Shown here: positions 9,641 through 19,485 of the stretch, piece after piece
Layout of the letters: the number at the start of each line of letters is the position of its first letter
Position numbering within the stretch: the stretch's first letter is position 1
From: Nostoc sp.
GTDB lineage: Bacteria > Cyanobacteriota > Cyanobacteriia > Cyanobacteriales > Nostocaceae
NCBI GenBank assembly: GCA_036918135.1
Contig: JBALDB010000010.1
Span: 1-57,932, forward strand
Direction: 5' to 3'
DNA length: 57,932 bases
Position numbers and translations under genes: made by a program
Notes under the pieces: generated by a model
Databases searched by the model: none
The model's input: the letters and a program-made list of their open reading frames with translations, nothing else
Told to the model about the DNA's origin: nothing

Positions 9641-10222
9641 CTACTGAATTTTAAAAGTAGCTAGTTGGGTGATTAAATGGTCAAAATACGGGGCAAGGAT
9701 TTCTTGCTGACTTGCTTGGCAGCGTTTCAAGCTAGCAGCTTTGATACTTTTTAAGCCCAAAACCATCGCATCCAAAGGAACTTTTAATTCCTGATAAAGC
9801 AAATTCAGATAATGCAGTCCTGTGAGGCTGGTATATTCAGTGTGGCTACCTGCGATTCCATAGGTAATGCAGCGAAGAAAATGCCAAAAATCTCGCCAGC
9901 AAGCTTGGGCGCGTTCAGGCGGATAAAGACCTCCTCCAGGCTGGGTAATTTCCGGATAAGTCAGCAAAACCTGAACTCTTGCCTCATCAACGATTTCGGC
10001 TGCACGATCGCGTAACAATTGAGCAATAGGAATTAAGGCAGAATTATTAGGTGCGAAAGTTTCGAGCTGGAGTAAATCTTCGTCACTCAGATAGCGAAGA
10101 CTATTATCGGCAGCCTGCAATATAGCGATTGCAGCTTGAGGATGGGACTGTTTCCACTCAGCAAAGCTGACAATTCTAGCTTTGGCTATTAATTGCTTAA
10201 CAGTTTGGCTTAATTGAGTCAT
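9641..10222 (-). CDS. aplA: allophycocyanin-like phycobiliprotein AplA
   Basis: N-terminal extension LIAKARIVSF, then AAD..RYLSDEDL, PGGGLYPPERAQACWRDFWHFLRCITYGIAG with bilin-site Cys. Confidence 0.8.
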   Translation of the reverse strand: MTQLSQTVKQLIAKARIVSFAEWKQSHPQAAIAILQAADNSLRYLSDEDLLQLETFAPNNSALIPIAQLLRDRAAEIVDEARVQVLLTYPEITQPGGGLYPPERAQACWRDFWHFLRCITYGIAGSHTEYTSLTGLHYLNLLYQELKVPLDAMVLGLKSIKAASLKRCQASQQEILAPYFDHLITQLATFKIQ

Positions 10223-10325
10223 AGATAGGAAGCAGGGAGTATTCTCTATAATCTTCCTAGAAGGCGATCGCTATTTTTTGACATTTGTAAAATAAAGTAA
10301 AGAATAACCACTATTAAATGCACCT

Positions 10326-10988
10326 ATGGAAATCGATAAAATTAAAACTCAACTGGAGAATCCAGATTTTCAGTATCGGTTGAAAGCGATCGCCGCACTC
10401 AAGGATTATGAATCAGAAGTTGCAGTTCCTCTGCTAACGAGTCTACTGCATGACTCGGAATTTTTAGTGCGTTCTTTTGTCGCTAGGGGTTTGGGTAACC
10501 AGCAATCAGCGGAATCTTTTGCAGCCTTGATGCAAATTATGAAATTCGACGATACCCCCAACGTGCGAGCTGAGGCAGCAAATTCGTTATCGTTATTTGG
10601 TAGAGTAGCAGTTTCTCATTTAGTTCTAGCATTTTATCAGGATGACCACTGGTTAGTACGGCGTAGTATTCTCGCAGCGCTTGCTGAAATGGATTGTCCC
10701 GAAGAATTATTTGATATCTGCGTTCACGGTTTAAAAGATGAAGATTTCACAGTTGAGGAATCAGCTGTTGATGGACTTGGGTTATTAGCTGATTCTAGCC
10801 AAAATGCTGCGGCGTTATCCCAACTACTAAGCTTAGTGAATGCTGAATCTTGGCGGATGCGCGTGCGAGTTGCCTATGCCCTCAAACGCTTTGACGCAGC
10901 CGAAGCAAAAGCAGCTCTAAACCAACTCAGACAGGATCGGGATCATCGAGTTGTCGGAGCTGCTTTAGAAGACTTGTTACCACAATAG
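10326..10988 (+). CDS. nblB: HEAT-repeat phycobilisome degradation protein, NblB-like
   Basis: PBS-lyase HEAT repeats (DSEFLVRSFVARGLG, NVRAEAANSL, DDHWLVRRSILAAL). Confidence 0.75.
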   Translation: MEIDKIKTQLENPDFQYRLKAIAALKDYESEVAVPLLTSLLHDSEFLVRSFVARGLGNQQSAESFAALMQIMKFDDTPNVRAEAANSLSLFGRVAVSHLVLAFYQDDHWLVRRSILAALAEMDCPEELFDICVHGLKDEDFTVEESAVDGLGLLADSSQNAAALSQLLSLVNAESWRMRVRVAYALKRFDAAEAKAALNQLRQDRDHRVVGAALEDLLPQ

Positions 10989-11212
10989 CGAAGTGGGCGT
11001 GTTTGGGATTATTGTCAATAATCTTAATGATGCGATCGAACTAAACTCAACAATAGCTAATACCTTATTTTCCTGAAAATTTGAGCAAAATATCTAGGCA
11101 ATTCGCCCAAGTCTGGAATAAAGTATCAACTCGCGGACTCGCTAACGCTGCGCTATCCTGTCTCCTGCTTTTCCAAGGGTTTAGGCTGTTGGGGTGTTTG
11201 AGTCATTGCCTG

Positions 11213-11331
11213 ATATTATATCCGTTCAAATAACCGTCATTGCGATCGTAGGGAAGCAATCCCAAAAATCTTATGATTGCCTCGTTTGACTCGCTTCGGA
11301 CATTTTAAAGTTGATTTAACTGACATGATAT
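11213..11331. mobile_element. MITE-like element with ATATCATGTC-type ends containing a GTCATTGCG...GAAGCAATC palindrome
   Basis: Left ATATTATATCCGTT vs reverse complement of right ATATCATGTCAGTT; same end family as 28148-28323. Confidence 0.45.
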
Positions 11332-11400
11332 GACTATTTGTTGGGGTAGTAAGCAAACGTGATGTTCAAAATTGACGTTGCACTTAGACTCCACCCAACT

Positions 11401-11510
11401 TAGGGACTGACAAATAAAAAATATCCCACTGTTGACCATTAAGTGTCAACAGTCAACAGTCATCAGTCAGCAACTTGAAACGGGATAATTTATTTCTTGG
11501 AGTTCCCTTA
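11401..11510. mobile_element. MITE-like element with heptamer core
   Basis: AGGGACTGACAAATAAAAAATATCCC / GGGATAATTTATTTCTTGGAGTTCCCT imperfect terminal IR; GTCAACA repeats inside; similar left end at about 21210. Confidence 0.55.
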
Positions 11511-11535
11511 TGGATGGAGTTCTGCTAACTCCTGC

Positions 11536-12360
11536 TCACCCACTTAAACTTTCACGAGTTGTTTTGCGGGTGTAGGTGTTCCAAACATCGAGTTCTGATG
11601 CTGGACGGCTGTGAAGCATGACTATGGTAGCTTGTGTTAGTCCTTGGGCAAGAGTGAAATCTGCCCCAGCGATACTATGAAGATACTCCATCTCTGCGTT
11701 CCTCAGGTCAGTTGCTCGTAAATCTGTACCCCGCAAATCGGCTCCAGTTAATCGAGCATTCCGCAAACAAGCTCCTGTCAAATAAGCTTTACTCAAGTCA
11801 GCACCACTTAAAGCTGCACCTTCTAAATTGGCTCCAGTCAAGTCAGCACCGCTGAGGTAGGCTCCCCGTAAATTAGCCCCTTGCAAATCTGCATCGCGTA
11901 AAAAAGCTGTATTCAGATAAGCACCGTTGAGATTAGCACCTGGCCCCACTGCTCCCGAAGCTTTGTAATTATATTCTTGAGGCCATTTTGTTTGTGTATC
12001 ATAACGCGCTACTTGGAGTTTAGCTCCCTGCAAATTTGCGCCACTGAGATTCGCTTGTTGAAGGTCAGCACGGTTTAAATAGGCTCCCTGCAAATTCGCT
12101 CCACTCAAATCGGCTCCATGCAGGTTAGCGCCTCGTAAATCGGCTCCACTGAGATTTGCATCACTCAAGACCATCTGACTGAGGTCGGCTCTTAGTAGCT
12201 TGGCTTGACTCAAATTAGCTTGTCTTAAATCAACTTCTCGCAGATTGAATTCGTTCAAATCTACTTTTTCTAAAGGAAGTCCTGCTTTTAGGGCTGTTAA
12301 TATTTCTGGAGTTGGACTGGGACGTTCCTTGGTAATCAGGTGAATTTCACTATTTGTCAT
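11536..12360 (-). CDS. pentapeptide repeat protein
   Basis: Many A(D/N)LxG pentapeptides in two blocks split by YDTQTKWP..GAVGPG. Confidence 0.95.
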   Translation of the reverse strand: MTNSEIHLITKERPSPTPEILTALKAGLPLEKVDLNEFNLREVDLRQANLSQAKLLRADLSQMVLSDANLSGADLRGANLHGADLSGANLQGAYLNRADLQQANLSGANLQGAKLQVARYDTQTKWPQEYNYKASGAVGPGANLNGAYLNTAFLRDADLQGANLRGAYLSGADLTGANLEGAALSGADLSKAYLTGACLRNARLTGADLRGTDLRATDLRNAEMEYLHSIAGADFTLAQGLTQATIVMLHSRPASELDVWNTYTRKTTRESLSG

Positions 12361-12868
12361 TAGGTAATTAAAGTAGAACTTTTGGAGTTATTCTACACTT
12401 TACCTAAATTCAGGATTCATCTTATTGCTTAGAAGCAAACAAGAGCCAATTACAGCAATAGAATATCTGAACCAAATATCAGAGGTTGAGAGAAAACTAC
12501 TTTTGCCTCGTTAATTTACTTATTGAAAAAGTAGATAAAACTAACAATAGCAATTGGAATAATTCTTTAACTATAGGAACCAAAAAGGATACAATACAAA
12601 TTATCATCTAGAAATTTTACATCAGTAAAAATAATTAATATATATATTACAAGTTATTACACAGGTAGAAGAAAATTAAATTATATGAAGAAAAATGAAC
12701 TAAATTAAAATGCTGATGGTTATCGCTTATTGTCTTATCCCAACAAAAATTATTTATGCCGACTTAGTTACTATTTCTGCATAGTGCAAGAATGCAGATA
12801 TTAATGCATAGGACTACAAAGAAGATTTTGCCAAAGGTACTGTTTTAAGAAACGAGGTTTCAAACTTT

Positions 12869-13450
12869 ATGCACATAATACCACCCTTGTCAATGATTGA
12901 CTTCTTCCATAAAAGTGAGGGGACATGGTTTACGGAACGTTCAGTTCATCACTTTGACTCAGCCGCAGATGAATCGGGTGAATCGAATTTAATTGTTACA
13001 GTCATAGAAAAAGACGATCCTAAAGTCCAAGAAGTCTGCAAAGCACAAGGAATAGAGCCTGATAAAGCAACTGGAGGTGCTAGCTTTGCATGGCAGGCTA
13101 ACCTAGACACTAGGCCACCAAACACCGATAATGCTGCCATTTTGGTTGATATTCCCGATGATGAAACAAGGCTTTCTGGGAAATTAATCCGCAATCAAGG
13201 CTATGTAGAGAGTATTCCAGTTGTTAGTCGCTATCGATTTGCTGATGATGGAGTGCTGACGATTGACACCGATTATGATAATAACCAAGGTCAAGAACGT
13301 TGTTGGTTTGTGACTGATGATTTTCGTGTCAGGGTTAGTACCGTGCGAATGATGAACGGAGTCAACTTGATGACTTATTGTTCAGAGCGTCGTTGTGTTT
13401 CCCAACAAGTGTTGGAGCAAATGATTAGTCGGAACCATGCTAGGGAATAG
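12869..13450 (+). CDS. cpeU: CpcS/CpeS-family lyase CpeU
   Basis: FFHKSEGTWFTERSVHHFD, GQERCWFVTDDFRVR, MTYCSERR; upstream of pebAB. Confidence 0.85.
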   Translation: MHIIPPLSMIDFFHKSEGTWFTERSVHHFDSAADESGESNLIVTVIEKDDPKVQEVCKAQGIEPDKATGGASFAWQANLDTRPPNTDNAAILVDIPDDETRLSGKLIRNQGYVESIPVVSRYRFADDGVLTIDTDYDNNQGQERCWFVTDDFRVRVSTVRMMNGVNLMTYCSERRCVSQQVLEQMISRNHARE

Positions 13451-13454
13451 AAAG

Positions 13455-13672
13455 TAGGGAGATGGGGAGATGAAGAGATAGGGAAGTGTGGGGAGATGAG
13501 GAGATGGGGGAGTGTGGGGAGAGAGGGGGGCAAGATTTCTTCCCCATCCTCCCACACCTCCCACACCTGCATTTGTTCCCTATCCTCCCATCCCTCCCAC
13601 ACCTCCCACACCTCCAAAACCTCCCACACCTACATTTGTTCCCCATCCTCCTACACCTCCTTTTCCTCTCAC
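13455..13672. repeat. STRR-type G/C-skewed palindromic repeat element (copy 1 of 4)
   Basis: GGGAGATG/GTGTGGGGA purine arm, core AAGATTTCTTCCCCATCCTCCCACAC, CTCCCACAC repeats. Confidence 0.8.
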
Positions 13673-13789
13673 ACTCGCTGTTTGCTCAATCCTTAATCCC
13701 CATTAAGGAATGTTGCTTTGTTTCTAAGAAATGAGACGTGTATGATTCACATCCTTTATTTTCATGCAAGGGTTAATGAGTCATGCTCT

Positions 13790-14524
13790 ATGTATAAGCC
13801 TTTCCTGGAATTTTTAGAAAAAGAGCTATTTGAACGCTTTGATTTAGAAAGTAGGGCTATTCCACCTGGTTTAGAATTCAAAGTTAGCGATCGCGGCAGA
13901 AACCCAGCAACTATTCGTAGCTGGTGTCACCAATCTCAAGAGCTGCGGAAAATTCGCTATACATACATTGATGCTGGGGAAAGCGCCCAAATTTTTAACA
14001 GCGTGATTTATCCTAGCCATCACTACGATTTACCGCTATTAGGGATTGATTTTTTATCCTTTGGTAAAATTAAAAATCTGATCGTCCTTGACTTTCAGCC
14101 TTTGTTTCAGGATGAAGATTATCAGAAAAAATATATACTTCCGCTGAAATCTCTGCATGATAAATACCCAGATTTATCGCAAAACTTAGAAATGAAGTTT
14201 TACGATGCTAACCAATATTTTTCTAAATACCTGTTATTTGCCAAAACAGATGCTCAAACAGTAGCAACGAGAGTTTTTGCAGCGTTTCAGGATTATTTAA
14301 ATTTGTATTGGCAAATGCTAGCAAACGCTCAACCACTCCAACAAAGAGAAGATATCCAGCGAATTGTTAAAGCTCAAAAAGACTATGACCAATATAGTGC
14401 AGAGCGCGACCCCGCATCTGGCCTATTTAGCAGTTACTTTGGTCATGAGTGGGCAGAACGCTTTCTCCACGAATTCTTATTTGAAGATGCTGTACCTTTA
14501 GCAGTCAGTGCAAGTAAAAGATGA
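13790..14524 (+). CDS. pebA: 15,16-dihydrobiliverdin:ferredoxin oxidoreductase
   Basis: MYKPFLEFL start, RKIRYTYIDAG, LDFQPL, DQYSAERDPA. Confidence 0.95.
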   Translation: MYKPFLEFLEKELFERFDLESRAIPPGLEFKVSDRGRNPATIRSWCHQSQELRKIRYTYIDAGESAQIFNSVIYPSHHYDLPLLGIDFLSFGKIKNLIVLDFQPLFQDEDYQKKYILPLKSLHDKYPDLSQNLEMKFYDANQYFSKYLLFAKTDAQTVATRVFAAFQDYLNLYWQMLANAQPLQQREDIQRIVKAQKDYDQYSAERDPASGLFSSYFGHEWAERFLHEFLFEDAVPLAVSASKR

Positions 14525-14682
14525 CCACAGGTGCAGGGGGCTTCAAGGGAGAATTCCTAATTGGAGTATCCCAAACGTCCCCAGCTTTGTTCTTAAATTC
14601 TTAACTTTGAACTCAGCACTCCTAATATCCAATGCCCAAAATTAATCTTTACTAGTTTCAAATTTTATACCTGATACTTAAA

Positions 14683-15429
14683 ATGACACTTTATCAGCCA
14701 TTTCTTGATTATGCGATCGCCTACATGCGATCGCGTTTGGATTTACAACCCTATCCTATCCCGATTGGGTTCGAGTCCAAGAGCGCTACTGTGGGCAAAG
14801 GAAAGAATCAGGAAGAGGTTGTCACCACAAGTTACGCCTTTCAAACCCCAAAACTGCGGCAAATTCGTGCAGCTCACGTACAGGGTGGCAATTCGCTGCA
14901 AGTACTCAATTTTGTGATTTTCCCCCACCTCAACTATGACTTGCCCTTTTTTGGAGCCGATTTGGTGACATTGCCAGGAGGACACCTGATTGCCTTGGAT
15001 ATGCAACCCCTATTTCGAGATGACCCAGCATATCAAGCAAAGTATACTCAACCAATCTTGCCCATTTTCCACGCTCATCAACAACATCTGACTTGGGGAG
15101 GAGATTTTCCCGAAGAAGCACGACCCTTTTTCTCTCCTGCTTTTTTGTGGACTCGTCCCCAAGAAACCGTTGTAGTAGAAACTCAGGTGTTTGCAGCTTT
15201 CAAAGACTATTTGAAAGCGTATCTGGATTTTGTCGAGCAGGCAGAAACTGTAACAGATTTACAAAATTTAGCAGCCATTGAGCAAGCCCAACTGCGCTAC
15301 CTGCGATATCGGGCTGAAAAAGATCCAGCACGAGGCATGTTTAAGCGCTTCTATGGTGCTGAATGGACTGAAGAGTATATCCACGGCTTTTTATTTGACT
15401 TGGAGAGAAAATTAATAGCCGTTCGCTAG
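14683..15429 (+). CDS. pebB: phycoerythrobilin:ferredoxin oxidoreductase
   Basis: [44 protein letters not shown]. Confidence 0.95.
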   Translation: MTLYQPFLDYAIAYMRSRLDLQPYPIPIGFESKSATVGKGKNQEEVVTTSYAFQTPKLRQIRAAHVQGGNSLQVLNFVIFPHLNYDLPFFGADLVTLPGGHLIALDMQPLFRDDPAYQAKYTQPILPIFHAHQQHLTWGGDFPEEARPFFSPAFLWTRPQETVVVETQVFAAFKDYLKAYLDFVEQAETVTDLQNLAAIEQAQLRYLRYRAEKDPARGMFKRFYGAEWTEEYIHGFLFDLERKLIAVR

Positions 15430-15498
15430 GGGGCACAGGAGCAGGCTGGCAGCAAAGCAGAGGGGCACAGAAGAAATTATCGCAAGTGTTTCCCTCTA

Positions 15499-15584
15499 AC
15501 TTGAAACAGGGGTGTAAGGGTGTAGGGTGTAGGGGAAAATACATTTTTCTATCCTTGGTGGTGAAACTTGTTTCATCGGGACTG
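15499..15584 (+). repeat. dispersed repeat (copy 1; copy 2 at 29162-29235)
   Basis: GGGTGTA heptamers followed by exact 24-mer GTGAAACTTGTTTCATCGGGACTG. Confidence 0.75.
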
Positions 15585-15979
15585 CTTCTTACACATGCCG
15601 TATTTAGCTAATGCCTCTATGTTCTGAGTAAATATACATATAAATATTAAGTTATGTAAAGGAAATTAAAAGACATCACAATAATTTTTAATAAAAAATG
15701 ACCCAAGACCATTGTATAAAGGGGACTTGGAAGAAAAAACAACATTACAAGGTAAGTAGAATGCCTACTGACCAGGTTTTCAAATCCCTGATAGAAATAT
15801 GAAGTTTTGTAAAAAAAAATTTAATTGGAAACCCAGAAAACATTAAACTTATACCTTGGATGTCTGTTATTGGTCTTGCCAATCTGGTCAGACAGTCTCA
15901 ACTCAGACTTAAGGTAAAATACTTCTTAGTTTGAAGTCCGACGAGTCTGTTAATTAAGCAAATTTAGGAGATAAAAGCA

Positions 15980-16501
15980 ATGGTATTAGATGCATTTGCC
16001 AAAGTAGTTTCCCAAGCTGATGCACGAGGTGAATATCTCAGCCAAGCTCAATTGGATGCCCTGACCGCCATCATTAAAGATGGTAACAAGCGTACGGATA
16101 CCGTAAACCGGATTACCAGCAACTCCTCTGCGATTGTTGCTAACGCTGCTCGCGCTTTGTTTGCTGAACAACCCCAGTTGATTGCTCCTGGTGGTAATGC
16201 TTACACCAGCCGCAGAAATGCCGCTTGCTTGCGCGATATGGAAATCATCCTGCGCTATGTTACCTATGCAATCTTTGCTGGTGATGCCAGTGTACTCAAT
16301 GACCGTTGTTTGAACGGTCTGCGTGAAACCTACTTGGCTCTAGGAACTCCTGGTGCTTCTGTAGCAGTTGGCGTTCAAAAAATGAAAGATGCTGCTCTAG
16401 CAATTGCTAATGACCCCAACGGGATCACTAGAGGTGATTGCAGCGCTTTGATGGCTGAAGTTGCAGGCTACTTCGATCAAGCTGCTGCTGCTGTAGCGTA
16501 A
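15980..16501 (+). CDS. cpcB: C-phycocyanin beta subunit
   Basis: [44 protein letters not shown]. Confidence 0.98.
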   Translation: MVLDAFAKVVSQADARGEYLSQAQLDALTAIIKDGNKRTDTVNRITSNSSAIVANAARALFAEQPQLIAPGGNAYTSRRNAACLRDMEIILRYVTYAIFAGDASVLNDRCLNGLRETYLALGTPGASVAVGVQKMKDAALAIANDPNGITRGDCSALMAEVAGYFDQAAAAVA

Positions 16502-16584
16502 TACCAGCTCGAAGCTATTAGCTGACAATTGTCAGTTGACAAAATAGATTTCAACAAAATTGTAAATAGGGAGATACTAAACCG

Positions 16585-17073
16585 ATGAAAACACCTCTTA
16601 CCGAAGCAGTTGCAGCTGCTGATTCTCAAGGACGCTTTCTCTCCAGTACAGAACTTCAAGTCGCTTTTGGTCGTTTTCGCCAAGCTCCTGCTAGCTTAGA
16701 AGCAGCAAAAAGCTTGACCGCTAACGCTCAACGTTTGACAGAAGGCGCAGCTCAAGCGGTGTACAACAAGTTTCCCTACACCACTCAACAGCAAGGCCCT
16801 AACTTTGCTTCTACCAATACTGGAAAAGCCAAGTGTGCGCGTGACATCGGCTACTACCTGCGGATTGTCACCTATTCCTTAGTTGTAGGCGGTACAGGTC
16901 CATTGGATGATTTCTTGATTTCCGGCTTAGCTGAAATCAACCGCACCTTCGACCTGTCCCCCAGCTGGTACGTTGAAGCTCTCAAGTACATCAAAGCTAA
17001 CCACGGTTTAAGTGGCGATCCTGCTGTAGAAGCCAATTCTTACATTGATTACGCAATTAACACTCTGAGCTAG
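16585..17073 (+). CDS. cpcA: C-phycocyanin alpha subunit
   Basis: [31 protein letters not shown]. Confidence 0.98.
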   Translation: MKTPLTEAVAAADSQGRFLSSTELQVAFGRFRQAPASLEAAKSLTANAQRLTEGAAQAVYNKFPYTTQQQGPNFASTNTGKAKCARDIGYYLRIVTYSLVVGGTGPLDDFLISGLAEINRTFDLSPSWYVEALKYIKANHGLSGDPAVEANSYIDYAINTLS

Positions 17074-17085
17074 AGAGTGTATTTA

Positions 17086-17146
17086 GCCCGGAAAGGCAAA
17101 CAAGCTCTGTTGGCTAGTAGCTAAGAGTTGGTTTACCTTTCTGGGC
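17086..17146 (+). terminator. stem-loop after cpcA (partial terminator / transcript stabiliser)
   Basis: GCCCGGAAAGGCAAAC...GTTTACCTTTCTGGGC followed by T-rich tract. Confidence 0.7.
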
Positions 17147-17236
17147 AGTTTTATTTTGAAAAACTGTTAAAAAACTAGAAAAAATTTTTCTAAAAAATTT
17201 TCAGTTTTGCAGCTAAAAAACTGAGGAGGTTTAAAA

Positions 17237-18049
17237 ATGGCAGCTTTGGGGAAAGCAGCAAGGTTAGGGATTGCACCTATTGAAAACTCAGAACCAGCAG
17301 AACTACGTCCTGATAGAACAGAAGCGAATGTAGAAGTAATCATTCGAGCAGCTTACCGTCAAGTTTTAGGTAATGCGTACTTGCTAGAAGAACAGCGTCT
17401 GGTCACTGCTGAATCATTGTTACAGCAAGGTGTAATCTCAGTTCGAGGATTTGTGCTAGCCATTGCTCAATCAGAACTTTATCGTGATAAGTTTTTCTAC
17501 TCCAACTCGCAAATTCGGTTTATCGAGTTGAATTATAAGCATTTATTGGGGCGTGCCCCAGAAGACGAGTCAGAAATTTCTTACCATGTTGAGCTTTACA
17601 ACTCAGAAGGTTATGAAGCTGAAATTAACTCCTACATAGACTCAAGAGAATATCTTGAAAGCTTTGGCGAGAATATTGTGCCTTACTACCGAGGTTTCAA
17701 GAGTCAAGTAGGACAGAAAAACGTTGGCTATAGCCGATTGTTCCAACTGTATCGGGGTTATGCCAGCAGCGATCGCGCTCAAGGAAAAAAACAAGGACAG
17801 CTAACCTGGGAAGTCGCTAAGAATCTAGCCTCACCCATCTATCCAGCCTCTACAGGAGCCTTAACAGGCCTCTCCACTGGTGGTCGAGGAGAAACTTATC
17901 GAATCAGAGTTCTACAATCAGCTTCCCCGAACTCAGCTGTAGTGCGGCGGGCTACAACGGAATTGATCGTGCCCTACGAACAACTTTCGAGTAAACTACA
18001 GCAGCTCAATCGTAAGGGCAATAAAGTAGTGAGCATTACACCTGTATAA
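17237..18049 (+). CDS. cpcH: phycocyanin rod linker (CpcC family, CpcH-like)
   Basis: PBS linker domain plus CpcD-like C-terminus ([17 protein letters not shown]); first linker after cpcA. Confidence 0.8.
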   Translation: MAALGKAARLGIAPIENSEPAELRPDRTEANVEVIIRAAYRQVLGNAYLLEEQRLVTAESLLQQGVISVRGFVLAIAQSELYRDKFFYSNSQIRFIELNYKHLLGRAPEDESEISYHVELYNSEGYEAEINSYIDSREYLESFGENIVPYYRGFKSQVGQKNVGYSRLFQLYRGYASSDRAQGKKQGQLTWEVAKNLASPIYPASTGALTGLSTGGRGETYRIRVLQSASPNSAVVRRATTELIVPYEQLSSKLQQLNRKGNKVVSITPV

Positions 18050-18059
18050 AAGGGAAATA

Positions 18060-18186
18060 GGTGAGTAGGAGCTAAGGAATTAGAAGTTAGGAGTTAGGAA
18101 TTAAGAGTTAGAAGTTAGAAGTTTGAAATTCCTAACTCTAGCTTTATTCTTAACTCTCAACTTTTAACTCCTAACTCCTAACTTTT
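18060..18186. repeat. STRR heptamer inverted array (TAGGAGT / ACTCCTA)
   Basis: Tandem degenerate heptamers followed by their complement. Confidence 0.75.
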
Positions 18187-18218
18187 CCCAATTATGAAGT
18201 ACAAAAGGATAATTACCA

Positions 18219-19091
18219 ATGGCTATTACAACAGCAGCGTCCCGTTTGGGAACAGAAGCTTTCAGTGATAACGCTCCTGTAGAATTGCGTCCAAATGCAA
18301 CTAAAGAAGACATAGAAAGGGTAATATCTGCTGTCTATCGTCAGTTGTTGGGCAACGATTACTTAATGCAATCTGAGCGCCTCACAAGTGCTGAATCTAT
18401 CCTACGTGATGGAAAGAATACAGTCCAAGAATTTGTACGTCAAGTAGCTAAATCAGAACTGTATAAATCGAAGTTTTTCTATAACAGTTTTCAGACTCGC
18501 GTTATTGAGTTGAACTACAAACACTTATTGGGTCGTGCGCCCTATGATGAGTCAGACGTAGTTTATCACTTAGACTTGTACCAAACCAAGGGGTATGAAG
18601 CTGACATTGATTCCTATATTGATTCACCAGAGTATCAAGCTAGCTTTGGTGAAAATATAGTTCCTTATTATCGCGGTTTTGAAACCCAAACAGGACAGAA
18701 AACTGTAGGATTTAGCCGGATATTCCAGCTTTATCGCGGTTATGCCAGTAGCGATCGCTCTCAACTCAAAGGCAATTCCTCTCGCTTAGCTGTCGAATTA
18801 GGTCGCAATGCCGCATCTACTATTGTTGCTCCTTCTAGTAGTAGTGCTTCTGGCTTTGCCTACGTTGCTCCTAGCAAAGGCGTTACCCCCAACAGTACTT
18901 TTGGTGGTGCGGGAACTTTTGGCAAAGAGGGCAGACTTTACCGCATTGAAGTCGCAGCCGTTTTTGGATCTGGATATCCTAGCACCCGTCGTGTCAATCA
19001 AGCTGTGGTCATTCCATACGAAGAACTATCTAGTTACTTCCAAAGAGTACTAAAGCAAGGTGGAAAAATAGCCAGCGTTAAACCTCTTTAG
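18219..19091 (+). CDS. cpcC: phycocyanin rod linker (CpcC family, CpcI-like)
   Basis: [17 protein letters not shown], linker domain, GGKIASV. Confidence 0.9.
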   Translation: MAITTAASRLGTEAFSDNAPVELRPNATKEDIERVISAVYRQLLGNDYLMQSERLTSAESILRDGKNTVQEFVRQVAKSELYKSKFFYNSFQTRVIELNYKHLLGRAPYDESDVVYHLDLYQTKGYEADIDSYIDSPEYQASFGENIVPYYRGFETQTGQKTVGFSRIFQLYRGYASSDRSQLKGNSSRLAVELGRNAASTIVAPSSSSASGFAYVAPSKGVTPNSTFGGAGTFGKEGRLYRIEVAAVFGSGYPSTRRVNQAVVIPYEELSSYFQRVLKQGGKIASVKPL

Positions 19092-19206
19092 GGTCTATTA
19101 GTCATTAGTCAGTCATTGGTGATTAGTCATTGGTCATTAGTTTAAAACAAAAAACAAATGGCAAATGACAAAAAACTAATGACAATTTTAAATTTGGAAT
19201 AAATTT

Positions 19207-19485
19207 ATGTTAGGACAAATTACAGGTAGAACTAGTAACCGCTTCTTTCGGTATGAAGTAGTAGGTTTACGCCAAAGCGAAGAAACCCAAAAAGTAGACT
19301 ATCCCATTCGTTCTAGCGCTACTGAGTTTATTACAGTGCCTGAGAACCGGATGAATCAAGAAATGCAGCGGATTAGTCGCTTAGGTGGCAAAATAGTCAG
19401 TATTCAGTTATTGAATGCTGAGACTAAAATAAGTAGCCCACAAAGCACTCCTTCTTCTGATGAATCTAAGTCCACAGCAAATTGA
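19207..19485 (+). CDS. cpcD: rod-capping linker CpcD
   Basis: RFFRYEVVGLRQ, RMNQEMQRISRLGGKIVSI. Confidence 0.92.
   Translation: MLGQITGRTSNRFFRYEVVGLRQSEETQKVDYPIRSSATEFITVPENRMNQEMQRISRLGGKIVSIQLLNAETKISSPQSTPSSDESKSTAN

Noticed and set aside
13375..13734. Six overlapping short ORFs rich in W/G/E or P/H
   Set aside because: Translations of STRR repeat DNA; same artefacts at 42453-42772, 43978-44393 and 56372-56596
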